From Bugula neritina (lineage: Eukaryota; Animalia; Bryozoa), in NCBI GenBank assembly GCA_964035545.1, contig OZ037766.1, positions 9,662,722 through 9,726,721 of the forward strand: a stretch of 64,000 nucleotides of DNA, given 5' to 3'. The first letter of the stretch is position 1, and every line of letters begins with the position of its first letter. Below are positions 26,701-41,158 of the stretch, piece after piece. The notes under the pieces were generated by a model that worked only from the letters and a program-made list of their open reading frames with translations, had not been told where the DNA came from and did no database searches. The translations under genes and the position numbers were made by a program.

Positions 26701-29700
26701 CATATGACCTATGTGTACAGTATTGTATAACTGACTCTACTTTAAAGTATTTTAACTGTTACACTCCGAGAGTGCAAACGATTATAATCATGTGATGGAG
26801 AGGTTTTTGCTAAATTTAGCCTGTTTATAAAACAGGTTGCCATCTGGTCAAAGTCTTTTCACACCAAGATTGCAATTTCCAATACATAGTTTCTAAAACG
26901 CTTATCAACAAACTGATAAATTGTTGTCAGCTTACAAGCATGCACCAGGCTATGTCCTAAATTGATAACTAAGTTAAATTCCTCATCCCCACACTTTGAT
27001 AAGACATCCACAGCAGTGGATAAAGCTAGTGCAAATGTCCTTACCAATTGCTTTATTATGTTGTTACAGTATTAGCCTAGACTGTATACAATATACAAGC
27101 TATTTTATGCAATATATTATTATGTGCATACATATAGCTACACTGAGGCCAGTTTTGATACAGATGTAGTTAGCAAACCACTGTTACCAACAACATAAGT
27201 AAAACAAATGGAACTGTTTGCTGATGCGAAGGTTTTAAGGTTGACTTTAATGATGTACTCGAAATTTTAAATCTTTAAAGATTTATTGTAAGGGCTGTGG
27301 TTGGAGAGCTTATGCAGCGTACTAATCAAATTGTTTAGTATCATTGTATTATAAGGAAAGACAATAGTTTATCTGCAAAATGATCTGAAAGTTGGAGTCA
27401 ACTGAGTCGCCAGTCTAACAAAGCTTGAACTCAATGTTGGCTTTAGCTCAAAAGGTAATAAGTTTCTGCAGCTTTCACATTAGCAACTAATTAAGCATAC
27501 GTGTTTGGGAAATGAGCACTATCGAGGTTGAGAATTGTCTTACCACCCATAGTATTTTGATATTTTGATACAACATTTTAGTTATAAAGCAAATTTTAAT
27601 TCGAATATTGAGCAAATTTTAACTTTTAACTTCTAATTTGCTATACTATGGCTACTGGCTAGTGCATTTCATCTCTAACAAACGTTTAAATGTCAAACTG
27701 GCTGGCACAATGCAGACGCTTGCTTCGTTCATCTTGCACAAACTGCATCATGCATCATACAACAAGAGAGTCGTGCATGAAGCAATATGTAGCTATTGAC
27801 CGTTATGTCACCTCACAATTGCTTCAGATCATATTTCATACTTTGAAAATGTAAATTTGCTTAATGGCAGTTTGATGTCAACAAAAAGTGCCGTCACGTT
27901 GTTTAACGTTGCCAGTACATTCTAGGTGTAGAGTTTGAGTAAACAGCGGAGTTGAGTATCAGCTATCGATCAGCAAGTGTCACCTGGTCGTCTCTCTACC
28001 AATTTAATATTAAGCAGGACTTTAATTTAAATCACACTGACATTCCAAGGTACCCAAGATTATGCTATAAGTAATGAATTGTACTTTCATATAACACTTG
28101 CATGATCAAGTTTAACCACTTTCAAAATTTCTGTACATAAATCATTAGCTAAAAATAGCAAGACTGATTGGTACTCAAAAAGGAAGTGAATAAAGCTATT
28201 ATTTGGAGTGTTTGACACCAAACAATTTTTGTTTCCATCATTTCTGTTAGCTGGAAATTTTTAGGCAATGAGTAAGGAAAAATAAATTCTTTTAATAGCT
28301 TTCATTACCATTTCTGTTATCCCTCCAAAATTGGGTACAAACGTATTAACTTGCTGAACATTCATTCAAGTTAACTCATGCTTATCATTTATGTTTATTA
28401 GTGTCCAATTAAGGACTCCAGTACTAAGCCAAGGCCATTGAAGTTAGTGCAAAATAGCGTTCAATGGTTTGTGTTATGTTTTCCTAGGTTACCTGGTAAT
28501 TGAGTCAAATTTTTTGGTGTGTTTGGCTGAGTTGCCATGAGCTGCAAATAATGATTGTAGTACACTGATTTTGGCACTGCCTGGGGACATTCACGGCAGC
28601 AGCATATGCAAAGACGTAGTTACTGTCTTATTGATTTGTGAATATCTAAGTCTCTTAGACTGTTAGTGTGGCTCCAAACTGCCGCCCTCACACATAAAGT
28701 TAAAACAATGACTTTAATGATTCGTGTGTAAGAAATAGAATAATATTAACTTTATCATACAGCACTAATCAATAATCAAGTGTATTATAATTATATCCAG
28801 GTCAAAGAAAACAACATGATATTGCATTGTTTACATACACTATGCAATTTTACCTAAACCTCTTATTTCTTACGCAAGAACAATATTTAAGTACAAAACT
28901 TCAAGGCGTGAAGAATTATAAAAGCAGTAAATTTAGTGCATGAATTGTATCATATAATGAATGTGCTTTAGTTCCTTGAACACTGCAACGATAGGCACAC
29001 ACACATGTGTATCTACATGTATATCCACATACCTACCTGTATGTTTACATATCCACATGTATGGTGTACTTACTATAATAATACATGCATTATTGGTGTG
29101 TTCCGCTATATGTATGCCCATACATGTCTACATGCATAATATGCATCTTTATTTTTGCTGGTAAAAATAATATTATTAAGCGCCATGATATACCTACTAA
29201 CAACTTGATAGCTGTTTGCAGTAGAATAGTATTTATCATTAAGTTAAAGAACCTGCTTTTAAAATCTCTTGTCGTACTATTTTGTTGCCAATATAAAGTT
29301 TATTTCTGTGCATTTCAAAGTTTAAATTTATTTATATTAACATTATATCACCACTATAAATTTGTATTATAGCTTTTGTGTGCCATGACCAGCAGACAAT
29401 AAGGAAGAACTTACTCATGATAGAATATGCTGGCAGCTGGTTGTGGAGAATCTCGTATCAAAATACCTTTGAACAATATTGGAAAATAAAAGAAACCTAA
29501 TTGATTTATAATATGATTTCTATACTGGTTGCGATTTAACTGGTAATAAAAATTTAATTCGAAAATCATATAAAATTATAAATCACTAAAAATAATAATA
29601 GGTTGTTAAGCAACACAAGCGAAATAATTGAATATTAGGGGCTACATTTATCTATTTTGTCATGCCTGTGGAATTGCACACTGTTTTTGCCAGCTAAAGC

Positions 29701-29769
29701 AGTTTTCAGTTAATGTTATTTATTATGTTTCTAGTGGAGCAATGCGTAAAATCACTTCAAGTTGCACAG

Positions 29770-30108
29770 CTAATGCTATTGGCTCAATTAACCGGCGGCA
29801 AACCATTGGCCAATCACAGACGATTGTGATGGGTTTGAGATACTATGCCAGTAGTTAACTATCGTAATGTGTGTAAGAATTGATTGGTTTAAAAAGGTTT
29901 AAATGGATAGGATAGGCAAGCAGATGCAAGTGCCCTTGACAAGCAGAATAAACTTCGTAGTCATTCATACTACACGTAATTTGGTATACTCTTAGTTCTT
30001 ATCTTTCGGTTTTTCGGGCAACTGGAATTTATAATCACCTGCTAAACATCTCAAGACCTGCCGTATTATTTCAGACTGATTAGCTGACTGCAAAAAGCAC
30101 TTTATCAG
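29770..30108 (+). promoter_or_regulatory. Putative promoter and non-coding first exon of the P450 gene
   Basis: Four CCAAT/ATTGG boxes (29778, 29805, 29810, 29883), Inr-like TCATTC at 29961, donor CAG/GTATGC at 30108. Confidence 0.4.
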
Positions 30109-33100
30109 GTATGCTCTTGCCTTCTCAAGCTAGAATTAAAGTTGAAGTTAGGAACTTCAGGTCATTAAATTAATTAGAGTTACAGCTATTGAGATTTCTA
30201 GGCTTAACCTTAAGCCTATTTCATGCATCAACATTTAAAAAAATTTATTTTTACTTTTCAGATTTTCTCATCAGTATCAAGTTCAATCTCAAGTTTAATA
30301 GCTCAATCTTTTAAACTGATTCCATTATTATTAAAATTAAGAGCTAGGATCACGAAACCTCGAACTTTTAACTTTAGGATAATTACAACAATAATTTTAA
30401 CAGTTCCACTAACATATCACTTATACTTATAGTTATACTGATGCACTCTCTATGACAATGATCAAATTCAATCATGAATTGACTATCAGTATCACGTGCA
30501 TTATCAACACACCATGCATTATCAACACACCGTGATACCTGTGTTCATACTGATACTGGTGTCTATCATTAATCAGCGTGCCAAAAACGTTTGCCAGCAT
30601 GAGCATCCCTACCCTTACTTACGCAATTTTGATAGTACTTAATACCTTCTAATGTCAAAAATGTATAGCACCAACAGTGCAAGTTTTTATCTCTAGACCT
30701 AGTAAAGTTGTAGTTGTTTGGTCACTCATATTTACCTCAGGCTCATGGTATGTTATCTCTATAGGTAGGTATATTAATATATATATTAAATTTTAGGCTA
30801 TATCAGTATGGTTCAGTTACTGTTAGTTTTAGTGTCACGAAGGCCCAGACTCTAAGATTTAGAGTCCGTTATATTCATATTGAACTTCTGGCTCTAGTAC
30901 TGCTAGCTGGTTACGTCATTTCCATTGACTCCAAGTTAATCTTCGGATTTAAAAGCTGCACTGGCAATGCTAACTGTCTAAAAGCAAAAAATGAAAATTT
31001 AGATCATGGAGTGGTTTTATTTTCTCAACTAGTGAAGTATGTAATCAATGCAATCAATCACCAAAATGGATGTTACAAGTTTTAACTAAACTACTGCAGT
31101 TGCCTCAAAAATTGAAACCTGTTTAACAATTACTCTCTTCGGGTTCCTTGTCATCAGTAAATTATTATTATGACAAGATGAAAATAAAATTCTATTTGGT
31201 TTCAAGATGGCTGTTTATTTCATGTAAATTTAACTTGACTTAAGAATAATTTACTTAGCTATATTGTTTTTAGAAATCGACAGCAATGTTAATTCAATTA
31301 TTATTATAAATGACAAGTATATATTATTTTGCACTAATGAATAGCACATACAGCTGATATACAAGTGTTAATTTATATTTTGGATAAGTTCCAATTTTGG
31401 AATGGGGTGTAGATTGATTTTTACTACATTTCACCTGCTTTGTATTGACTTTGTGTTCTTTCTTTTCAAGTCAGTGACTTAAGCAAACATAAATTAGAAA
31501 GCAAATGAAAAGAACCTAATGTCCAGTATGGGGGTCACAGAGTGGGGGAGCGTTTAACAGTATTCAGTAAGCAAATATGGGATGCATGATGTTATGGGCT
31601 CCCACTAACTCATCAACAAAGCGTATACATCTGGGTGCAGCTTCTGGGCAACAGTGCAGGCTGGCTTTGTAGTGTAGTCTCATAATGTTTGGATGGAAAG
31701 ACCATCAACTAAGCCAAAGTTGTAAAATGCAGGCAGTATTGCACCTGCCATTTGTGCTAGGTTCATTACTGGAGGTGCTTTAAGATGTCCAGCATTCAGC
31801 ATCCTCTTTGAACTTCAACATTCATGAATACTCAAGCCTATACCCACACATTGCTCACTTAACTGCAGTAAAGCCCTGTGCTCTGCATTTCTCTTCACTA
31901 TTTCAAGTTGAGTAAAGTTTAGAGGTTTTGCTAATGCTGTACAACTCATTAAAGTCACAAGACTTCTTTTTTCCTGATGACTAAGCAGCGCTATGACTCT
32001 ACAAAAAATAATTTTCTCTTTTTCACATTTTATAAGAAAAATTGTGTTATCTCAATAAGTGAAAATTACTTTGAAAAAAATGCTAATATTTTAAGTAGAG
32101 AGATGGCTTGTAGCTGTAGCTGTAGTTGGTAATAGCCTACCAACGTGGTCCCTCCCAATTTGTCCTCCTCAGTCTTTTTGACTAAGAAGTACCCTCCTTG
32201 GTACTGTAGTCTTAATTAATGAATTGTCTACTGCAATAAAACTGCATTGAGTAGAGGTTTATATCTTATCTCCTTAGTTATTAGGTTATTTATTATTAGA
32301 TTCAACACTAAATTTCATTGAGAGAGGAAGAGCGTATATGCGCCCCTCAATTCTATCATTCTTGATAAGAGTTGACCTCCTGTTGCTTTCCTTGGCATAT
32401 CTATCTAGCACCTCTTGAAGATGCTAGCCAACTTATAGCTAATAAAACATTCATCTTACTCTTAAGGAGCTACTACCTAAGCATATTTTATAATGTTTTA
32501 TCATTTACTAAATTAATTACTAGAAAATGTTTCAGTACAGTGAGGTCGGGTTTAGCTATAAGACAACAAGAATACTTGCACTGGCTAAGCCATCAAGGCA
32601 ATGCTGAAGAAATGTGCATTAATGTTCCTTTTTGCATAAAAAGCATACCTAATTATAGTGCAAAATCATTCTTGGTATAAAGCAATATTAAGCTAATGTA
32701 AAATAGTTTAAATTAGGATAAATCATAAAAGGTTGTTAAAAAACTCTTTGAGCAGGCTCAACAGATTTATCTAAAGAGAGATATCACATTTCAAAAAAAG
32801 TCTACAAAGCATTCATTGCTGCACTTTACTTTTATATGTCACCACATTCTGCATGTGATTTTACCTATTTCATAAATTAGGAAGAGTATAGTATAATAAT
32901 TGACAAGCATGCAAGTGTTTTGATAGACCAGTTAATTACTGTATCCTATTTCTGTTAGTGGTGACCTATGGGGGAATCAAAGAAGCCTAATTGTAATTAT
33001 ATTTGACCCGAAAATGAGTGCAAATTCATCCGGTTCTGAAAAAATGAAATACACCCATTGAACTTAGTAAACAACTCTAAATATTTATTACAACCAATTA

Positions 33101-33683
33101 TTGAGATGAGAGGAAATTCTCTTGTTTTGCTACAGTTTATAAGTATAGTAAATTCACTGATGATTATAATACACATTAAAACTGTAGCAGTCTGCAATGT
33201 ATCATTTTAAATACCAAGCAATACTAAAAACCAAATCATAACAATGAAATTCACTAGGGGTCAAGCTCAGTACAAACTACTCTTTGCTATAAACAAGCAA
33301 CAATGCCCCCATGTGATTGACTTCCTTCGACTGCATAATTTACTTTGCACATGTCATGAAGAATACATATCCTTGACATTGCCCACATCATAAAGGGTAA
33401 CATTCCTACAGGATACATATCCTTATCATTGCTGGGTTCAATATTCATTCTTAAATTTTTTTATAGCTTTTCGGTGCTGTTGCATAGTTTCAATTTTCCC
33501 CAAGTGTTATTTGCTATACCTTTCTCTGCATTACATGGGGTGCATGTTTTGTTATTCAACATTTTAGCAATATTATATGACATTCCGGTATTACATAACA
33601 TAGTATAGGAGTGTATACATACTTGTTTCAGAATACTCAGATGTTTACATATACCAGAGACTAGCACCTGAAACATTTCCAAG

Positions 33684-36600
33684 ATGTTTCTAACTTCGAT
33701 ACTAATTCTGATCACCATCGTCTTACTTCACCTCAGTGCCCGGTAAGTAGCCCCCCTCCCTTTATAGACTGAACCAGCCAATTCTCTTGGCATGGTGGAG
33801 TAACTTTGTAATAGTAAATGACTTCTAGCTTTTTATTTAAGCATTATTATTGCAGGTGTGTGACTATGCTGCGAAAGTTTAGTGCATGATCACCTAGACA
33901 ATGATGGTACTGATTTTTAGGTTATAAATAATATAGAGATGCGGTTTGCCTTATTCTGCTGGGAGTTGAAAGTATTATTGCTGAATGCTGACTCTTTGAT
34001 AAAATAGACTGAATATTGCAGACTGAACCCCTTTGCAATCTTTTTTCTCTTAGTTAATGAATTGTTTATATTGAAGATTAATAAAGCTGATCTTTAGTAT
34101 ATAAGTTGCTCGACAGTGTGGAGCCATACCCATGCTCTCCACTTTGATTTGCTTCACCCATCCGGGCTAAAGTTTGAGTTCATTTGGCAGCAAAGGAAAT
34201 TGTATTTACTGAAAATTGCATTGATGTTTCTTTGCAGCCGCCAGCAATGTATGGAACAGGTCATGTGTAAGTGCATGTGTTGGTGATGTTCGGATGAGCG
34301 GAAGATGCATGTATGCATCATTTCACACTTGGCGCCGATATTTTTTTTCTAGCAACAAAGGCAGCTGTACTTATATTCTGCCATTGATTTTTATTTTTTT
34401 CTTCTGTTTAGGTCAAGACAGAAAAAGCTCAACTTGTTTAACGAATTGGGGATTGCTGGCCCCAAGCCTAATGTGGTGTTTGGCAACTTGCATTCTCTCT
34501 CTGGCAAGGTATAAATATAACAATATATCATCTATATATAGATTGAAAAATTCCTTTCAAGCTGTACACTTCCTAACCAAAAATTGGTCTTTAATATGCA
34601 TATATGGCTCAACATATACTACTTGTTACTAATTTTAGAAATATGTGGAAACACTTAGTGATTGGACAAAAGAATATGGAAAAATATACGGGTAAGCTTT
34701 ATATATTAGTATAATATCAAAACAGTAGAATTTTACGAACTTCATGTTTTTACATTTAGGTAAATATCAATAACTTAGAGATAATTTGTACTTGCGGCAC
34801 CCATGATTTACGTCATAAGTTTTCAGTTGATAAGATTGTATATAATAGCATCTAAGAAATTCACAGCAGGCCTAGCTAGTTGCATGTGTATGTTTTATAA
34901 TATAACGCCAAACACTAGAGACTACTGAAGATGTTAAATAACCATCGGAAATGGTGTTTTCAATATTTAACTTTTGCTACCATATAAACCTCTGCTATAA
35001 AAACAATAGTTATTTGCTACTGTCATGTTGAGTTTGTAGATATATTAGTAGAAAACTTGTAGATTATCATATTTAGAAGTTATTAATATGAATAGTCTCT
35101 AGAATAGGTCACATCTCTTCACACTGTAAACCTCTACATTGACTATGGTTTACATGTAGGAATTATATACTCCTGTGCAAACCATGTTCTACTACTACAA
35201 CTGCTTTATCTTGCACTCATATTCCAACTAACACTCGAATAAGCTGACAGCACAGCTGCTAGCTGCCATTTACGTTAGTAACCACAAGTATGAAGGGTGT
35301 TGTACATTTGAATAACAAAGTTTCTGGGAACTCTAGTGATGTGGGGTGGGATTTTGCACCTCAACTAAGTACACTAAATATAAGTAATTAACTGGCAAGT
35401 AAATGTGCCCTATCTCTCCATGCATTGGAGCTGGACTAGAAATGTCAAAATAAATTTTTGAATAGCTAGTGTCTCATAATGTCACAATATTATAAATAGT
35501 TTGGCAACGAAATACATCTGCTCTCCATTATGCATGTCCTGCCCGATATGCTTGGTATGTTTATTAACATTTCTTGATTATGCTGCACTAAAGAAAGATG
35601 TAATCTAACATTTATACATTGCACAATCCTATATATTATTCTTATATACCAAATTATCATGGTACTTGTAATTATAGTTATTTATACCAAAATGATTGAC
35701 AAAACAACAAATACAGCCATCAAGGCTCATAGAATTGCATGCTTAATGTGAACCCCTCAGGTTGGCCCAGCTTGGTGCATTGTTACCATAAATCAAGTGT
35801 CTTTCAATGAAACAGCCATTTTCTCACTAATAACAGACTATACACTATTTTCCTGCCCAAGTACTAAGATTGATGATAAAATGATGGGTTGCGCTTAAAA
35901 TTTTATTGATAACCAACTGTGGCGCCATGCATGTATAATGTTAAATCATTTCAACTGCATGATTATGCATCTCAAATTAATGCTATTAATTTTATGTTAA
36001 TCATCACAATTTCACTTATTAGATATTACGAAGGTTCGTCTCCAGTTATCGTGACGTCTGACCCTGATGTCATCAAAGAAGTGTTTGTAAAGCAGTTCAA
36101 CAATTTCTATGGAAGAAGAGTAAGTAATGATAACTCCAGATGTAGTTTAGACATTCTCAAGCCATTTACAACTTTACAGAGATTTTATAAACTTAAAATA
36201 CTATTGTATTACTTAATTGTACATGTTTCACCTGCTATTGTAGTTTTTGCAAAAAAAATGATGAATATGAATCACAGAGTGTAAAATAATGATCAGTTGC
36301 ATCCTTTTTAACATGCAAGTCACCAACTAAGAGAGACTTAGTGAGTTTGAACTTGATAACGTCTCACACTAGCGAAGTTTATGTACACTAACATATACCC
36401 CAACACTTGTCACAATATAACCCTGATAACCACCAATAGTATAAACAAATGAGTACAGAAAGGTGTGCTGCATCAAACTGTCCTGTCACATCAGGATGGT
36501 TTTGTTGTTGTAAGTGGAATTCTTGCAATTCATTTAGTGCATGCCTTCTAATTTGTGAGTGCAAGAAAAAAACTACACTCTTAAGATGGTCTCTCTCTCT

Positions 36601-39600
36601 ATAAACATAGTATCTAAATTGCAGTGTTATAATTCCATCCTCGGAGTACTGACATGAGCTTTTGTTATTGTTGACCACATTATCAGTGCACCCAATATTT
36701 GCTGTTGCACTTACCTCCGACAATTAAAGTGGATTAAGATCAAATAATAATTCACTTCATTCATCTTTCTGTCATTGGGTGCAGTATCTCTCCGCTCTGC
36801 ATGATTATCTATCATGCTGGTAAATATGTTGTTTACTATAAAAAAAGTTACTTCTGTTATAACTCTTACAGACAATTACATGAATTTTACTCTCAACATT
36901 TGCTGTGGTACTGCTACAAGTATTGCTTAATTATCAGACTAAGGTTTGGTGTCTGGAATTGCCAATCAAGTGCAGATAGATAACCTTGCCACCTTGTGGC
37001 CACTTCAAAACTCTCTTAATGTCATACATTTTTTGCCTGCATTTCTTAAAAGCCAATACTTGCTTTAGTCAGGAATATACTCAAGTATATTTTGTGACAC
37101 TCATTAACTCGCCACAGTGCCACAGATTTGGTCAAAAAGTTATGTATTTCAACTGTTTTTAGCTGCTGCCTGTTCAACCAGAGCCAGACACTGGGGCCGA
37201 CAGAGATGTTCATATATTATTTTCAAGAGGGCATCGATGGAAGCGTCTGAGAAGTACTATTAGTCCAAGTTTCAGCTCTGCAAAGATTAAAAGTGTAAGA
37301 ACTTGGACATTTCATTTTTGTCTCGTTTGTTCGTCACTTTTCACATAATTGTAACTTTTCCATGTTATCAAACTTATATATATATTACAGATGATGCCAC
37401 TCATTAAGTGCTGTATCAACGAAACAATGACAATCTTAGAACGGAAATCCGCTGAAGGAGAATCCTTTGATATCCACAGGTATGACTGTGACAGAAGCAA
37501 TTTTTATATAACAAGTTTATAAATTTAGCCACCCATTGAAATAGCCAACCCTACTGCGTAGTGAATTGCCTTCTTTAATTTGATAGGCTTTATGTTTACT
37601 TTACTTGAAATTGATATTCATATATTTGTAAATTCCTCAATGGGCACGGAGGTATATACTGCTTATATGTTACTGAATATTGTGAAAATGTATCTCTTAC
37701 AATAATATTAAATTTTCTCAGGAAATTTTACAGGGTAATAAATCCTCTTGATTTTTCTTCAACCCCATATGCATTTAATTAGTCCATGACAATTAACTTT
37801 AGAGATATGCCTTCTCGAATCTTACATTATGCATTTTACGTGCAGCGTACTCCAAGGACTAACCATAGATGTTATTGGTACCTGTGCGTTTGGCTTGGAG
37901 CCTCAGTTTCAAAAGAATCGAGACGAGGATCCATTTATTATTCGCTGCCAGCGATTGTTTACAGACTTTGCTAAAAGACCATTTATTGTCATTCTTGGAG
38001 GTAAATTCTATTATCTTTGCTTTTTAAGTTTATTAAATAATTTATTTAAACCAATATTTCAATATGTGAATGGTTGAAATTGTTTAGTTTGAAGTCTTCT
38101 CCTTAATGCAATGCTTCACCTGTGCCATGCCTTTGTTTCAGCCATCTTTCCTGAATTATCGAGATTCTGGTGGAAGCTGTGTAAGCTAGTATCTGCCTAC
38201 ACTTACGATGACATGGACTGGCTCTTCACTAATCTCGGCTCCGTAATAGATAAACGAAAATCTCACACTTTGGAAAATATTCGTTCAGAGAATACCTCAC
38301 AATACAAAAGAGTAGATTTGTTACAAATACTGTTGGATGCCGAAGTTGGCAGCGGCTCAGCTAAAGGCAGCACAGTTGCTCATTTAACAATGCGAGATTC
38401 TGAGGAAGATCACAACAGTAACTATGAAGTAGACAGTAACGTCAGCTTCTCGCCTGAAATCAGTAGCTCGTCACAAAAATATCTTGCGTCACAAATAGAG
38501 CACAAACAGTTGGAGTCATCGAGTCAGCAGGATAAGTGGTCATACGCTGCCGGGGCTACTTCTGCAAAGCCGAAGACAAGGCTCTCGCTAGATGTAAGTG
38601 CTCTTTACTGCCAGAGTTACGATGTTTTGTTAAACCATTGCAGTTTCTGCACTCTTCTTAGCTTACTTAACTGGTGCTTGTTTTTTGCAATGTATTGTAT
38701 TTTTCAGGAAGTAAAAGCGTCAAGTGTAGTATTCTTAATAGCTGGATACGAGACGTTAAGTAACCTGTTGGCTTACGTGGTGTATGAGCTGGCAGTTAAT
38801 CCACATTGTCAGAAGAAGCTCCAGCTAGAGATTGACAATACATTTGATGATGTGGTAAGTATAACTGTGCAAATAGGAGGTGCCTAATTAACTTGTAAGA
38901 CAACACGAGTGTTGAGGGGTATCATGTGAGTGCACTAAAGGGAGCCCGTGAAAGACAGGTTTATATAATTAAAGAAATTAATCATTTTGTATTCAGTGTG
39001 GCATCTAGTAGCTAAATCAGCCACAGTAGTGAAAACAGTTTGTGTTTTCAGAGTAGTGTCTATTGGTGTCAATCATTATAGCCATTCCAGTGGTGTCAAG
39101 AGCTCCCATTCACTGAGAACAATTGTTTTAAAAATACAATTAGCTGAAGATAAACACTGCCAGTAGCTGCCTGCACAAAGACTTCTATTTAAAATGCTGA
39201 TTTATGTTGAACTATTTTATTTTTTTTTTGAAAAACAGCCTGTAAAATTAATAAGCCAAGTCATTCTATTTGTAATTATTGTGTTTAAAGAGCAATAGCT
39301 TCTATTGTTGATTAAGGTGTTTTGCTAATAACTGAAACCCAAGTAATTTCCGCCAAGTATCGTAAGCAAAATCATACAGTATCAATACCTATTGAAGGCG
39401 TAGCACAACATAATATCATGTGTTAACTGTATCTTTTAGGATGACCTTTGCTACGATAAGTTGTCGAGCCTGAAGTATTTGGATATGATAATAAGTGAAA
39501 CGCTTCGAAAATATCCTATTGCATCCTTGTAAGTATAATGTAAATCTGCGAACAACCCATTTACTTATGTTGGAAGGGATTTTTACTATAATTTACTAAA

Positions 39601-41158
39601 TTTACTTACAACCTAATAGAAAATTAAAAGATGTAAGAAAAACTTATAATGAATTTTTTTTACAATTTTTCATTTCCCAAGGTTGAGAAGCTTAGACCTA
39701 TACCAGTTGATTGCAGTCTATCAGATTTATTTTTATAGCCTAAAATATGTGCTGGTGGTTGCAGGTTGACGGGCAGGTTGTGTATGAATACAACAAAAGT
39801 AAGTGGATATACCGTACCTCAGGGTACCACAGTTCAACCAGACATCTGGAGTCTACACTACAGTGCAGAGCACTGGGGGCCTGAAGATCCACAACAATTT
39901 CATCCAGACAGGTAAGCCACAACTCAAACCTTTATGTGTTGTTCTTCTCAGATAATTACATTTTCATAGTAACATGTGTCTTACCCACTCTACATAGAAT
40001 ATGCTAATCTATCAGACTCACCAGAAATTACTAAATAGCTTGGAATTAATAGTTGAAGATCTTTTGCTAAGACTCGGTGGCTGCTGGTATAAATTTATGT
40101 AAATGGTTATAGCAAACTTGTCAGTGCGGTGCGTTCAAATTAACATAAGTTCTTGAGCAATTTTCAGGAATGTTTCCTAATGTTAAATAGCAATTTATCT
40201 CAGGACAGTAATTAGGGATGTAAAACATTTGTTCTCGTTTCCTGTTTCATCTAGTGGTGGGTGTCACGCTTGTGTGCAATAAGCTAGCCAGTGACTAGTA
40301 CAGTCTACTGTTTACTATAGACATTTTTTAGCTCTCACTTTTATTGTCTCTGGCTGGGACAAGCCTATTGTGGTTGCACTAACTTATAAATTAATTTGCC
40401 AGTAGCCAGTGATTAACTATTAGAATGATTGATGGAACAGAAAAATGAACATCAAATACCTTAGAGCAGTTCTTGCACTAATTTTAGATCATATTGCGTT
40501 TTAAATTAGATCCTGCTACCCAATGACCTATAAAGTCTATGGTTTATTTCTGGAACAGAGAAAGTCATTAGTTAGAATCTCTGTGCCTTTGAAGTTAATA
40601 GTCATTAGCAACTCGTCAAAATGTCTCATCAACTAATAGGCAAACCATTTTAATAGGCAGTTGCTTGGTGCACCAACTAATTGGGTTGGTTTTATTGTTA
40701 TGTTAATTAATTTACGGCTTTACACTAAACAAAAAGTACAACAAACAATCTAAGACCACCATGTTTATCTCAAAAAATCTCATTGATGGTCTAACATGCT
40801 GGAAAGATTGAAGATTTCACCATTCCACTATTCCTTCCATTTGGTTTTCATCTTCTCGCTTTCTTAAGTTACATGTGTGGAGAGTGAGTAACACATTGTT
40901 GATTCTGTTTGTAGATTTTTGCCAGAGTGTGTAGCTAAGAGGCACCCTATGGCCTACATGCCTTTCGGCGCAGGACCTAAAAACTGTATTGGCATGCGTT
41001 TCGCCATGACCGAGTGCAAAATAACACTAGCCACGTTATTTAAAAAGTTTAATATACTACCCAGTGAGCAGACGAAAATTCCGTGTGAGTTGATAGAAAC
41101 AGCTTCTCTCAGTCCGAAAGACGGTGTGGTCATCAAGCTGGAACCAAGAAGCTCATAG
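33684..41158 (+). CDS. Clan-3 (CYP3A/TBXAS1-like) cytochrome P450, 12 coding exons (33684-33742, 34412-34508, 34639-34691, 36023-36119, 37163-37294, 37391-37479, 37846-38000, 38142-38593, 38708-38854, 39440-39528, 39765-39911, 40915-41158), ~586 aa
   Basis: N-terminal TM anchor, GIAGPKPNVVFGNL, WKRLRSTISPSFS, FLIAGYET, ETLRKYP, FHPDRF, heme motif FGAGPKNCIG; all junctions in phase. Confidence 0.95.

Noticed and set aside
24000-29700. Short ORFs in the TTC31-P450 intergenic region
   Set aside because: No recognisable motifs or phase-consistent exon chain
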